From Acidobacteriota bacterium (GTDB lineage Bacteria; Acidobacteriota; Thermoanaerobaculia; Multivoradales; JAGPDF01), in NCBI GenBank assembly GCA_017860005.1, contig JAFNAE010000002.1, forward strand, positions 1 to 55,506: a DNA stretch of 55,506 bases, read 5' to 3'. This document shows, in pieces, positions 8,470 to 16,911 of the stretch (the stretch's first letter is position 1; each line of letters begins with the position of its first letter). The translations under genes were made by a program, and so were the position numbers. A model generated the notes under the pieces. It was not told the origin of the DNA. It was given only the letters and a program-made list of their open reading frames with translations, and did no database searches.

Positions 8470-9762
8470 TCAGCCGGAGGAGGGGCCGCTCTCGCCGCGC
8501 GCGACCACCACCGCTGCGGCCAGGTCGCCGGTGACGTTGAGGGTGGTCCGGCACATGTCCAGGAAGCGGTCGACGCCGAGGATGATGCCGATGCCCTCGA
8601 CCGGAACGCCGACGGTGCCCAGGATCATCGCCACCACCGGGATCGAGCCCGCCGGCACGCCGGCGGTGCCGATGCCGCCGAGGATGCAGATGAAGAGCAC
8701 CAGGGCCTGCTGGCCGAGCGCGAGGTCGATGCCGTAGAACTGGGCCAGGAAGAGCACGGTCACACCCTCGAACAGGGCGGTGCCGTTCTGGTTCGCGGTC
8801 GAGCCCAGGGTGAGCACGAAGCGGCTGACGTGGGCGGGCAGCTTCAGGTTCTCCTCCGCCACGCGCAGCGCCGTGGGCAGCGTGGCGTTCGACGAGGCGG
8901 TCGAGAAGGCGGTGATCATCGCCTCCTCGACACCGCGGAAGAAGCGCAGCGGGCTCATCTTGCCGAGCCAGGCCACCGCCGCCGAATAGACCACGAACTG
9001 GTGGATGGCGAGGGCGAGCAGCACGACCCCGACGTAGCGCGCGAGCTGGACCAGGATCTCGAGCCCCAGCTCGGCGGTGAGCGAGAAGAGCAGCGCCGCC
9101 ACGCCCACCGGAGCGAACGAGATCACCACGCCGATCAGGCGCATGGTCACGTCGTAGAGCCCTTCGACGACGTCCTCGAGCCGCCGCGCGGCCTCGGTGC
9201 GGGTCCGCGACAGGCCGATCCCGAACAGCAGCGAGAAGAACATCCAGGCCAGCATGTCGCCCTCGGACGCGGCGCGCAGCGGGTTGGCGGGCACGATCTC
9301 GGTGAGCAGCTCCATGCCGCTCCTCGGCGCCTGGGCGCGCGCCATCACGGTGGCGCGATCCGCGGCCCCGGAGGTGAGCCGCGCGCGCGCCTCCTCGGAC
9401 AGCCCCTCGCCCGGGCGCAGCAGGTTGACGAGCACCAGCCCGAGCACGACCGCGATGGCCGAGACGGCCACCGTGTAGGCGAGCGTCTTGAGGCCGATGC
9501 GCCCGAGGCTGCGCAGGTCGCCGAGTCCGGTGACGCCGAGCACGAGCGCCGCGAAGATGAGCGGCACCACGAGCATGAACAGGAGGCGCAGGAAGATCTT
9601 GCCGACCGGCTGCGCGATCCAGGTCAGGACCCAGGCGAGCGCCGGGTCGCCGCCGAGCGTGCCGTGCGCGACGAGGCCGGCCGCGATACCGAGCGCGAGC
9701 CCGGCCAGCATCCTCGTATGCAGCGGCCATCGTGGCCGGCCGGCGTCGCGCTCCCCCGCCAT
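8470..9762 (-). CDS. Dicarboxylate/amino acid:cation symporter (DAACS, GltP/DctA-like; 430 aa from Met14)
   Basis: Multi-TM protein with the family-typical ITAFSTASSNATLP and VNVTGD segments. The start is uncertain. The TTG at 9801 sits inside a -35-like hexamer, so I prefer the ATG at 9762. The ATG at 9711 is also possible. Confidence 0.85.
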   Translation of the reverse strand: MAGERDAGRPRWPLHTRMLAGLALGIAAGLVAHGTLGGDPALAWVLTWIAQPVGKIFLRLLFMLVVPLIFAALVLGVTGLGDLRSLGRIGLKTLAYTVAVSAIAVVLGLVLVNLLRPGEGLSEEARARLTSGAADRATVMARAQAPRSGMELLTEIVPANPLRAASEGDMLAWMFFSLLFGIGLSRTRTEAARRLEDVVEGLYDVTMRLIGVVISFAPVGVAALLFSLTAELGLEILVQLARYVGVVLLALAIHQFVVYSAAVAWLGKMSPLRFFRGVEEAMITAFSTASSNATLPTALRVAEENLKLPAHVSRFVLTLGSTANQNGTALFEGVTVLFLAQFYGIDLALGQQALVLFICILGGIGTAGVPAGSIPVVAMILGTVGVPVEGIGIILGVDRFLDMCRTTLNVTGDLAAAVVVARGESGPSSG

Positions 9763-9771
9763 GGTCCGCCG

Positions 9772-9801
9772 AGGATACGGACCGCCGGCGCGGCGGGTCA
9801 A
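9772..9801 (-). promoter_or_regulatory. Candidate sigma-70-type promoter for the DAACS gene (TTGACC-18 nt-TATCCT)
   Basis: On the minus strand, TTGACC lies at 9801-9796 and TATCCT at 9777-9772, with an 18-nt spacer. The -10 element ends 9 nt before the ATG at 9762, which implies a near-leaderless mRNA. Confidence 0.4.
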
Positions 9802-9835
9802 CCGACGCCGGCTCGCGCCCGCCGCGCTCCGCGGC

Positions 9836-12718
9836 TCAGCGGGCCGGCCGCACGCGCACCACGAGCGGGTCGTGGTCGCTCACGCGCACGCCGTCCGGAC
9901 AGTCGGCGTCGACGTGCACGATCTCGGCCTCGGCGCCGCGCGCGAGCGCCGGCGAGACGACGACGTGGTCGAGCGCCTGCGCGGTCCCCTCGAAGTTGAA
10001 GGTGTAGCGCCGCTTCTCGGGCACGCGCAGGAGGAGGTTGTCGAGCGGCGGACCCGACACCAGCCGGACCGCCGCGCTCCAGGGATAGTCGTTGAGATCG
10101 CCGAGCACCACCACGCGCGCGTGCGGATCGGCGTCGAGCAGCCGGTCCACGAAGGCGCGGATCTCGCGCGCCTGCGCCAGGCGGCGGCTCGCGGTCGGCC
10201 GGCGGGGCGGCTGCGCGGCGCCGAACAGGCGATCGTCCTGGTACTTCGAGGACCAGTGGTTGACGATCACGAACAGGCGGACGCCGCCCGCCTCGAGCTC
10301 GACCGCGAGTGAACGGCGCACGCCCTCGCCGCCCACCAGCGTGAAGGCCTCCGAGCGCGCGGCCACACGTCCGGGGCTCGCGGTCAGGCGGGTCTCGCGT
10401 CCGGTGCCCTCGATCCCGACCTCGGAGAGCGGTCCGCCCGCACCCCGGCGCGCCACGCGCACCCGGAGCGGGTCGGCGAGCAGGGCGACCCGGATGTTGC
10501 CGCCGGGCTGACCGCCCTCGCGGTCGAGCTCCGGGTCGATCACCACCGCCTCGTAGGCGGGCCCGCCCGCCGCACGGATCGCGCCGGTCAGCGCCGCCAG
10601 CGTGGCCGCCGAGGTCGCGACGCCGTCCCCGCCTTTCGCGCCGCTGTCGTCCTGGACCTCCTGGAGCGCCACCACCGCCGGCCCGGCGAGGGCGCGCGCG
10701 ATCACCCCGGCGACGTTGACGATCCGCTCCGGAGGCCCCGCGACCGACAGGTTCTCGACGTTGAAGGTGGCGATCGTGAGCGCGCCCGGGAGGTCGCCGA
10801 GCGAGGTCCGACCCTGGCAGGAGACACCCTCCGCCGCCACCTCGAGCGGCGAGAGCGGCAGCACCTTGAAGGTCGAGAAGGAGTAGTCGACCACCCCGAG
10901 GATGGGACCCGCCAGGCGCGCGCCGACCGACAGGCGCGGCACCTCGCCCACCAGCCGCCGCGAGAGCACGACGCGCGACAGCGGCGGGCCCTCCGGTGTC
11001 ATCAGCGCGCCGCCCGCGGCGCTCGCCGGGGCGCCGCCCAGGTCCGCCGGGAGCAGGATCAGCTCGCCGTACGACGCGGTCGGGCCGGTGACCACGCCGC
11101 CGGGCAGCTCGACGCGCATCGACTCGAGGCTCTCCCAGAAGTCGATCGCGTCGCGTTCGGGCTCGAAAGCGCCCAGGGCATCGTCGTCGACCACCCCCGG
11201 GATCCGGCGCTCGCTCCAGAGGCGCGCCGCGGGCGGCAGCGAGGCGCCGGGTCCTAGCCGTTCGACAAACGTCGCCGCGAGCGTCGTGACCGGCAGCTGC
11301 GTCGCGTCGCGCGCCAGCTCGAGCACCCGGCCGCCGACCCGGACGCGCTCGCCGGGCTGCGGCAGCTCGATCGCGCGCGCATCGACGTAGAGGCCCTCCG
11401 AAGTCGCAGCATCGGTGTCCGGCGCCTCGGACTCGAGCCAGAGAACGCGCTCGCGCGGCCGGTCGAGGAGCGCGGACACCGTCCCTTCCACGCCGGTCAG
11501 CCAGCGCCCCTCGAGCGGCGACCGGTGCCCGGCTCCCTGGACGAGGGAGATCGGGACCGGCTCGGTGCCGACCGCGAACGCCAGCACCAGGGCGCGCTGG
11601 GCCGTCGGATCGAAGTTCTCGTCGGCGATCAGGATCAGCGCGCGGCGTCCGTCCGGCAGCGCCGGCCCGAGCGCCATTCCCTCCAGGTTGTCGAGCGGCA
11701 GATCGAGGGCTCCGAGGTCGAGCCACGCCGCCTTGCGCGCCGGCACCACCTCCGGCGCGTCCAGCCGGTCGATGCCGGCGACGTCGGTCGCGCCATCCAG
11801 GTCGACCAGGTAGACGCGCGCCTCCACGCCCACGCCCGAGACGAACTGGCGCTCGAGCGCGAGCAGCTGCGTCGCCGAAAGCGCAACGAGCTCGACCAGA
11901 CCGTTGGTGCGGAATCCGCTCTCGTCGGGCGGAGCAACCGACACCGGCTCGACGCGATAGACGAACTCGGACGGCGGAACGGCCAGGTCGTCCAACCGCC
12001 AGCGCACGATGCGCGCCGGGCTGGCCGCCCCGACGTCGGCGCGCGGCCCGTCCTGGACGAGCGCGTTCTCGGTCGCCGCGAAGAGCCACTCTCCGGACGG
12101 CGTCACCGCCACGCTCTCGAAGCCGAGGTTGTCGCGCACGCCGGCCCGCCGGGCGCCGTCGGGCAGGAAGCGCGCCGGCAGCTCCAGCCGCCGCCGCATC
12201 CGGCCGCTGCGCTCGAGCTCGGCGACGAACGGCGCCTGGCCGACGTTGGCCTCGCCCTCCGAGGAGACGAACAGCCGCTCGCCGTCGAGGGCCAGCCCCT
12301 CCGGGTCGAGGCTGCGGCGCGGGAACGGCCGCCCGCTCTCGTCGAGCAGCCTCACCCGGCCCGCCACGACCAGGTCGCCGGCGTCCAGATGCCCGTCCGA
12401 GAGATCGACGTGCAGGCGATAGAAGCGCGCCGGCGCCAGCTCGCTGCGGTCGTCCGAGAGCGCCAGCAGCTCGCCGGCGCCGGCATCCCAGGCGAGGGCG
12501 GAAAGCCCTCCCACCGGCTCGTCCTCGAAGGTGAGATCGCGCGCGAGCTCCAGGGCACCGATCCACTCGAACGACGTCGGCATCGCCGGCTGGCCGCCGG
12601 CCGCGGCCGCCCGGGCCCCGCGAGCGGCCGGCGCGTGCTCGGGCTCCGCCGGCTCCCCGCTCGCGCACGCGGAGACGAGCACCGCGAGGGCGGCCAGGAC
12701 GGAGAGCGATCTGGGCAT
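9836..12718 (-). CDS. Secreted lipoprotein: phytase-like esterase domain fused to an endonuclease/exonuclease/phosphatase (EEP) domain (960 aa)
   Basis: ATG at 12718 with a lipobox (LAVLVSAC). N-terminal GGLSALAWD ... LSDDRSE ... FYRL is of the phytase-like type. C-terminal EEP motifs are TIATFNVENL, VVALQEVQDD, IVNHWSSK, LGDLNDY and SDHDPLVV. The 5' 532 codons of track ORF 9836..14314 are antisense shadow. Confidence 0.8.
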   Translation of the reverse strand: MPRSLSVLAALAVLVSACASGEPAEPEHAPAARGARAAAAGGQPAMPTSFEWIGALELARDLTFEDEPVGGLSALAWDAGAGELLALSDDRSELAPARFYRLHVDLSDGHLDAGDLVVAGRVRLLDESGRPFPRRSLDPEGLALDGERLFVSSEGEANVGQAPFVAELERSGRMRRRLELPARFLPDGARRAGVRDNLGFESVAVTPSGEWLFAATENALVQDGPRADVGAASPARIVRWRLDDLAVPPSEFVYRVEPVSVAPPDESGFRTNGLVELVALSATQLLALERQFVSGVGVEARVYLVDLDGATDVAGIDRLDAPEVVPARKAAWLDLGALDLPLDNLEGMALGPALPDGRRALILIADENFDPTAQRALVLAFAVGTEPVPISLVQGAGHRSPLEGRWLTGVEGTVSALLDRPRERVLWLESEAPDTDAATSEGLYVDARAIELPQPGERVRVGGRVLELARDATQLPVTTLAATFVERLGPGASLPPAARLWSERRIPGVVDDDALGAFEPERDAIDFWESLESMRVELPGGVVTGPTASYGELILLPADLGGAPASAAGGALMTPEGPPLSRVVLSRRLVGEVPRLSVGARLAGPILGVVDYSFSTFKVLPLSPLEVAAEGVSCQGRTSLGDLPGALTIATFNVENLSVAGPPERIVNVAGVIARALAGPAVVALQEVQDDSGAKGGDGVATSAATLAALTGAIRAAGGPAYEAVVIDPELDREGGQPGGNIRVALLADPLRVRVARRGAGGPLSEVGIEGTGRETRLTASPGRVAARSEAFTLVGGEGVRRSLAVELEAGGVRLFVIVNHWSSKYQDDRLFGAAQPPRRPTASRRLAQAREIRAFVDRLLDADPHARVVVLGDLNDYPWSAAVRLVSGPPLDNLLLRVPEKRRYTFNFEGTAQALDHVVVSPALARGAEAEIVHVDADCPDGVRVSDHDPLVVRVRPAR

Positions 12719-12784
12719 GGGGTCCGATCCGGTTCCGGCGCACAGCCTATCGAACGGCGAGGCAACCCGGCAGGTCGCGAGCCG

Positions 12785-12790
12785 TAGAAT
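12785..12790 (+). promoter_or_regulatory. TAGAAT -10-like hexamer immediately upstream of the PP2C gene
   Basis: TAGAAT lies at 12785-12790, only 3 nt before the ATG at 12794 (a GTG follows at 12797). There is no convincing -35 element. Confidence 0.25.
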
Positions 12791-12793
12791 CAG

Positions 12794-13960
12794 ATGGTGA
12801 GCCGTCGCCGTCCCCGTCGCCCCTCGACCCTCTCCCGCGCCCGCGATTTCGTGCGCGACTACACCGACGGCGCCGGTGCGAGCGACCTCCGGCGCCTGGT
12901 CGATCGCGACGCGCCGCGCGTCTACTCGGTGCTGATGCGCGACCGGCCGGCCGGCGCCCAGCCGGCGCGCGGCTTCCGGCGTCTGCTCCGGGACGCCCGC
13001 CTGCTCTTCCTGTCGGTCTCGGAGAAGCTCTCGCCGCCGCGCCGCCTGCTCTTCGCGCTGTCGCTCGTCTGCGGCGTGCTCGGCCTGACCGACGTCCAGT
13101 TCACGATGAACTCGACCGACTACGGCTTCCGCGCCGACTCCTCGCCGCTGTTCTCCCTGGTGGCGCTGGGCGGTCTGGTCTTCCTGCTCGCCGCCGAGCT
13201 GGTCGATCGCGTCCTGGTGCGCGACGAGCTCGAGGTCGCGCGCCAGCTCCAGCGCGAGCTGCTCCCCGCCGACGTCCCGGACCTGCCCGGCTGGGCCTTC
13301 GCGCACTCGTGGCGGACCGCCAACGAGATCGGCGGCGACTACCACCTGTTCCAGGCGCTCCCCGACGGCCGCCTCGCGATCGTGGTGGCGGACGCCTCCG
13401 GCCACGGCATGGCGGCCGGCCTGTTGATGGCGATCGCCGACGCCTCGCTGCGCGTCGCCCTCGACCTCGATCCCGAGCCCCACGCGGTCGCCACGCTGCT
13501 CCACCGCGCCCTGCGCCGCTCGGGCAGCCGGCGCTCGTTCCTGACCCTGTTCTACGGCCGGCTCGAGCCCGCCACCGGCCGGCTGGACTACGTCTGCGCC
13601 GGGCATCCGCCGCCGATCGTGCGCCGGGAGGACGGGACCCTCGAGGAGCCCGCCGGCGGCGCGCTCCCGCTCGGCCTCGGCGATCGCTTCGCGCCCGCGC
13701 AGGGCACGCTGGAGATCGGCCGCGGCGACCGGCTGGTGCTGTTCACGGACGGCCTCTTCGAGTCGCTCGACGCCGCCGGCGAAGCTTTTGGCTACGAGCG
13801 GCTGCGGCGCGAGCTGGCGGCCTCGAGCGGCGCGCTCGACGCCCACGATCGCCTGCGCGCCGCCCACCGCGTCCACGTCGGCGACGAGCCGCTCTCCGAC
13901 GACCTGACGGTCGTGGTGGTCGAGCGGCTGCGCGAGCCGGCGACCGCCGCGCCCGCTTGA
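12794..13960 (+). CDS. Membrane-anchored PP2C/SpoIIE-family Ser/Thr phosphatase (388 aa)
   Basis: N-terminal TM helices, followed by GGDYHLF ... VVADASGHGMAAGLLMA ... LTLFYGRL ... GHPPP ... LVLFTDGLFE ... SDDLTVVVV. Confidence 0.85.
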   Translation: MVSRRRPRRPSTLSRARDFVRDYTDGAGASDLRRLVDRDAPRVYSVLMRDRPAGAQPARGFRRLLRDARLLFLSVSEKLSPPRRLLFALSLVCGVLGLTDVQFTMNSTDYGFRADSSPLFSLVALGGLVFLLAAELVDRVLVRDELEVARQLQRELLPADVPDLPGWAFAHSWRTANEIGGDYHLFQALPDGRLAIVVADASGHGMAAGLLMAIADASLRVALDLDPEPHAVATLLHRALRRSGSRRSFLTLFYGRLEPATGRLDYVCAGHPPPIVRREDGTLEEPAGGALPLGLGDRFAPAQGTLEIGRGDRLVLFTDGLFESLDAAGEAFGYERLRRELAASSGALDAHDRLRAAHRVHVGDEPLSDDLTVVVVERLREPATAAPA

Positions 13961-14003
13961 CCAGGCGCAAACTGCCGCCCACCGGCGGCGGTATCGTGGC
14001 GGG

Positions 14004-14438
14004 GTGACCGGAATCCCGCGCCGACCGCGACCTGCCCGGCTGGTCGCCCTGCTGCTCGCGCTCGTGCTCGGGCCGGCGCTCGACGGGGCCCTGGCCGGGA
14101 CCCGCCCGGCGGCCGGCTGCGCCTGCGCCGGCGGTTCCTGCTGCGCGCGCCTCGCCGCGCGGTCCTGCTGCCCGCAGGGCCATTCGGCCGGCAGCTCGTG
14201 CGCCCGGAGCGGACGGGCCGCGAACGGACCTCGATTCTCGGTCACCTGCGGCTGCGAGCATCCGGCGCCGCTCGGCTCGCCAGGCGCGCGCGAGCAGCCG
14301 GCGCTGCTCGGCACCTCCGTCGCCCTGGCGCGGCCCTCGTCCGGTCGCGCGACGACCCGTCCGAGCCCACGGCCCGAGCCGCCCGCGGCCTCCTCTCCGG
14401 ATCCGCCCCCTCCGCGCCCTCGCCTCTCTCCCGCCTGA
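14004..14438 (+). CDS. Small secreted Cys-rich protein with a Pro-rich tail (144 aa), function unknown
   Basis: GTG start and a signal-peptide-like N-terminus (ARLVALLLALVLGPALDGALAG). It has nine Cys residues arranged CAC-x4-CC-x7-CC-x9-C ... CGCEH. About 9 of 10 third codon positions are G/C in the first 60 codons I read. There is no strong SD, so this is a tentative call. Confidence 0.55.
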   Translation: MTGIPRRPRPARLVALLLALVLGPALDGALAGTRPAAGCACAGGSCCARLAARSCCPQGHSAGSSCARSGRAANGPRFSVTCGCEHPAPLGSPGAREQPALLGTSVALARPSSGRATTRPSPRPEPPAASSPDPPPPRPRLSPA

Positions 14439-14571
14439 TCGGAATCGGGGAAGGCCGAGGCGCGCCGCGCGTGGCGGCCGGTCGCCGGCCTCTCCGCCGC
14501 TCGTGCCTGCTCCGCGCCGTGCGCGGCGCGGGCCGGGCCGACCCGGGACCGCTGCCCGAGAGAGGAAGACC

Positions 14572-16890
14572 ATGTTGCGACACCGATTCCGGAGCGCGGC
14601 CGGCACCGCGCTCCTGGTGCTGTGCGCTCCGCCCGCGGCCCTCGCGGCCGCGCCGGCCCTGTCCGGGCGCGTCGTCGACCGCACGGGCGATCCTGTGCCC
14701 GGCGCCACCGTCACCCTCGCCTGCGCCGGCCGCGCCGAAGTCGCGGGGATCGAGACCGACGACTTCGGCCGCTTCCTCGTGCGGGTGCCGGAGGGCTGCG
14801 CTCCCACCCTCACCGCCTCGCTGCCCGGCCTGGCGGCAGGCACGCCGGTCGCGATCGACGCCGCCGCCCAGCCCGAGCTCGAGCTCCGACTCGACCTCGA
14901 TCTCTTCGCGGACCGCATCGAGGTACGCGAGAGCGCGCTGGCCGACGGCCTCGGATCGCGCGAGATCCGCGAGAGCTTCGCGCGCGACGTCGGCGACGCC
15001 GCGCTGCGCGTACCCGGGGTGACGCGACTGCGCAAGGGCGGGCTCGCCAACGACGTCGTGCTGCGCGGGTTCAAGGGCGAGAATCTCGCCGTGCTGGTCG
15101 ACGGCCTGCGCGTGCACGGCGCCTGTCCCAATCGCATGGATCCGCCCGCCTTCCACGTCGATTTCGCCGAGATCGAGCGCATCGACGTCGCCAAGGGCCC
15201 CTCGGCGGCCCCCGGGGGCGGGCTCGGCGGCACGGTCAACGTCGTCACCCGCGAGCCGGCGCCCGGCCTGCACGCCGAGGCGCAGGCCGCGGCCGGCTCG
15301 TTCGGCTACCTGGCGCCCTCGGCGACCGTCTCCTGGTCGGACGGACGCTGGAGCGGCAAGGCGGGCTGGGCGCAGCGGCGCGGCGACCCGTTCGAGGACG
15401 GCGACGGGATCTCCATCACGGAGCTCCTGCCCGAGCCCGCGCCGGCCGCCTACCGGCGCGAGGCGCGCGACGACCGCGCCTTCGACGTCACCACCGCCTG
15501 GGCCGGCATCGGCTACTCGCCGGCCCCCGGTCACCAGCTGGAGCTCGAGGCGACGCGCCAGGACGGCGGCTCCCAGCTCTATCCCTACCTGATGATGGAC
15601 GCCCGCGAGGACGACGCCGAGCGCGCGCGGCTGGCCTGGCACCAGACGGCCTCCTCGGGTCTTCTGCGCTCGCTCGAGGCGGTGGTCGGCTGGGCGGCGG
15701 TGGATCACACCATGGACGACCGCCTGCGCACCTCCTCGACCGGCACGTCCGCCGGCTGGTCGATGAGCACCGCCGCGGCGTCCAGCGTGCTCGAGGCCCG
15801 CCTCGAGGCCGGTCTCGACCACGGCTGGACGCTGGGCGCCGACGGCTACCGGAGGTCGTGGCGTGCGACCACGTGGCTCGCGCCGCCCGGCGGCATGGCG
15901 CGGCCGCCGCAGGCGACGATCCCCGACGCCGAGCTCGACGCCGCGGGCCTCTACGCGCAGCTCGAGCGCCAGCTGGGCTCCGCGATCGGAGTCCGTGGCG
16001 GCGCGCGCGTCGAGCGCGCCGAGAGCCGCGCCGACCGGAGCCTGGCCGACGCCGCGCTCTGGCTCGCCTACCACGGCACCGCCGCCGCATCGCGCGACGA
16101 CCTGCTCGTCTCCGCCGACCTCGGGGTCTCGTGGCGCCCCGCGGCGGACTGGGAGCTCGCCGCAGCGATCGGCCGCAGCGAGCGTCCGCCCGACTCCCAG
16201 GAGCGCTACTTCGCGCTGCGGCGGATGGGCACGGACTGGGTCGGCAACCCCGAGCTCGATCCCGCCGGCAACACCCAGCTCGATCTCGGCCTGCGCTGGC
16301 ACGCAGGCCGCGTCGCGCTCGACCTCGACGCCTGGTACGCGGTCCTCGACGATGCGATCCACGTGGTCGAGACAGAGCGCGTGCTCGCCGTGCCCGGCGT
16401 GACGAACTCGCGCGCGCGCTCCTGGGTGAACCACGACGCACGCATGTGGGGAGCCGAGGTCTCGGCACGTATCGAGCTCGGCGCGCGCACCTCGCTCGCC
16501 GCCTCGGGCGGCTGGGTGCGCGGGCGCCGGGAGGCGGCTCCCGAGCTCGGCATCGTGGACGGCGACCTGCCGGAGATGCCGCCGCTCGGCGGCCGGCTCT
16601 CGCTGCGCTACGAGCCCGGCCGCTGGTTCGTGGAGGCCGAGGGCGTGGCCGCCGCCCGCCAGGATCGCGTGGACTCCGGCCTGCACGAGGAGGCGACTCC
16701 GGCGTGGTCGGTCCTCCACCTGCGCGCCGGTTGGCAGGCCGGGCGCTGGTCGCTGCTGGCGGGGGTGGACAACCTGCTCGACCGCGCCTACCGTGAGCAC
16801 CTCTCCTACCAGCGCGATCCCTTCCGTTCGGGCGTCGCGGTGCCCGAGCCGGGTCGCACCTACTCGCTCAACCTGCGCGTGCGCGGATGA
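14572..16890 (+). CDS. TonB-dependent outer-membrane receptor, OprC/NosA-like (772 aa)
   Basis: ATG at 14572 with AGAGGAAG upstream and a signal peptide. CarboxypepD_reg-like N-domain (GRVVDRTGDPVPGATV), a plug containing LVDGLRVHGACPNRMDPP, then a barrel. CPNRM (Cys185/Met189) and DHTMD (His379/Met381) fit the CxxxM...HxM copper-site pattern. Confidence 0.85.
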   Translation: MLRHRFRSAAGTALLVLCAPPAALAAAPALSGRVVDRTGDPVPGATVTLACAGRAEVAGIETDDFGRFLVRVPEGCAPTLTASLPGLAAGTPVAIDAAAQPELELRLDLDLFADRIEVRESALADGLGSREIRESFARDVGDAALRVPGVTRLRKGGLANDVVLRGFKGENLAVLVDGLRVHGACPNRMDPPAFHVDFAEIERIDVAKGPSAAPGGGLGGTVNVVTREPAPGLHAEAQAAAGSFGYLAPSATVSWSDGRWSGKAGWAQRRGDPFEDGDGISITELLPEPAPAAYRREARDDRAFDVTTAWAGIGYSPAPGHQLELEATRQDGGSQLYPYLMMDAREDDAERARLAWHQTASSGLLRSLEAVVGWAAVDHTMDDRLRTSSTGTSAGWSMSTAAASSVLEARLEAGLDHGWTLGADGYRRSWRATTWLAPPGGMARPPQATIPDAELDAAGLYAQLERQLGSAIGVRGGARVERAESRADRSLADAALWLAYHGTAAASRDDLLVSADLGVSWRPAADWELAAAIGRSERPPDSQERYFALRRMGTDWVGNPELDPAGNTQLDLGLRWHAGRVALDLDAWYAVLDDAIHVVETERVLAVPGVTNSRARSWVNHDARMWGAEVSARIELGARTSLAASGGWVRGRREAAPELGIVDGDLPEMPPLGGRLSLRYEPGRWFVEAEGVAAARQDRVDSGLHEEATPAWSVLHLRAGWQAGRWSLLAGVDNLLDRAYREHLSYQRDPFRSGVAVPEPGRTYSLNLRVRG

Positions 16891-16911
16891 AGCGCCTCAG
16901 CCCGCGGGCGG

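Noticed and set aside
12719-14314. The N-terminal 532 codons of track ORF 9836..14314, and ORF 9798..12743 (981 aa, minus strand).
   Set aside because: The upstream extension runs antisense through the well-supported PP2C gene and the Cys-rich ORF. The real nuclease gene begins at the lipoprotein signal peptide (ATG at 12718). The 981-aa ORF is an Arg/Gly/Ala-rich off-frame shadow.
14439-14571. A possible cobalamin or other riboswitch in the 133-nt leader of the TonB-dependent receptor.
   Set aside because: The leader is too short. I saw no B12-box-like GCCACTG element or conserved riboswitch core, only a small GGCCGG-TCG-CCGGCC hairpin.
14242-16800. An 852-aa minus-strand ORF and a 724-aa off-frame plus-strand ORF (14622..16796) overlapping the TonB-dependent receptor.
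   Set aside because: Both have low-complexity R/A/G/P composition. The receptor frame has signal peptide, plug and barrel motifs and a good RBS.
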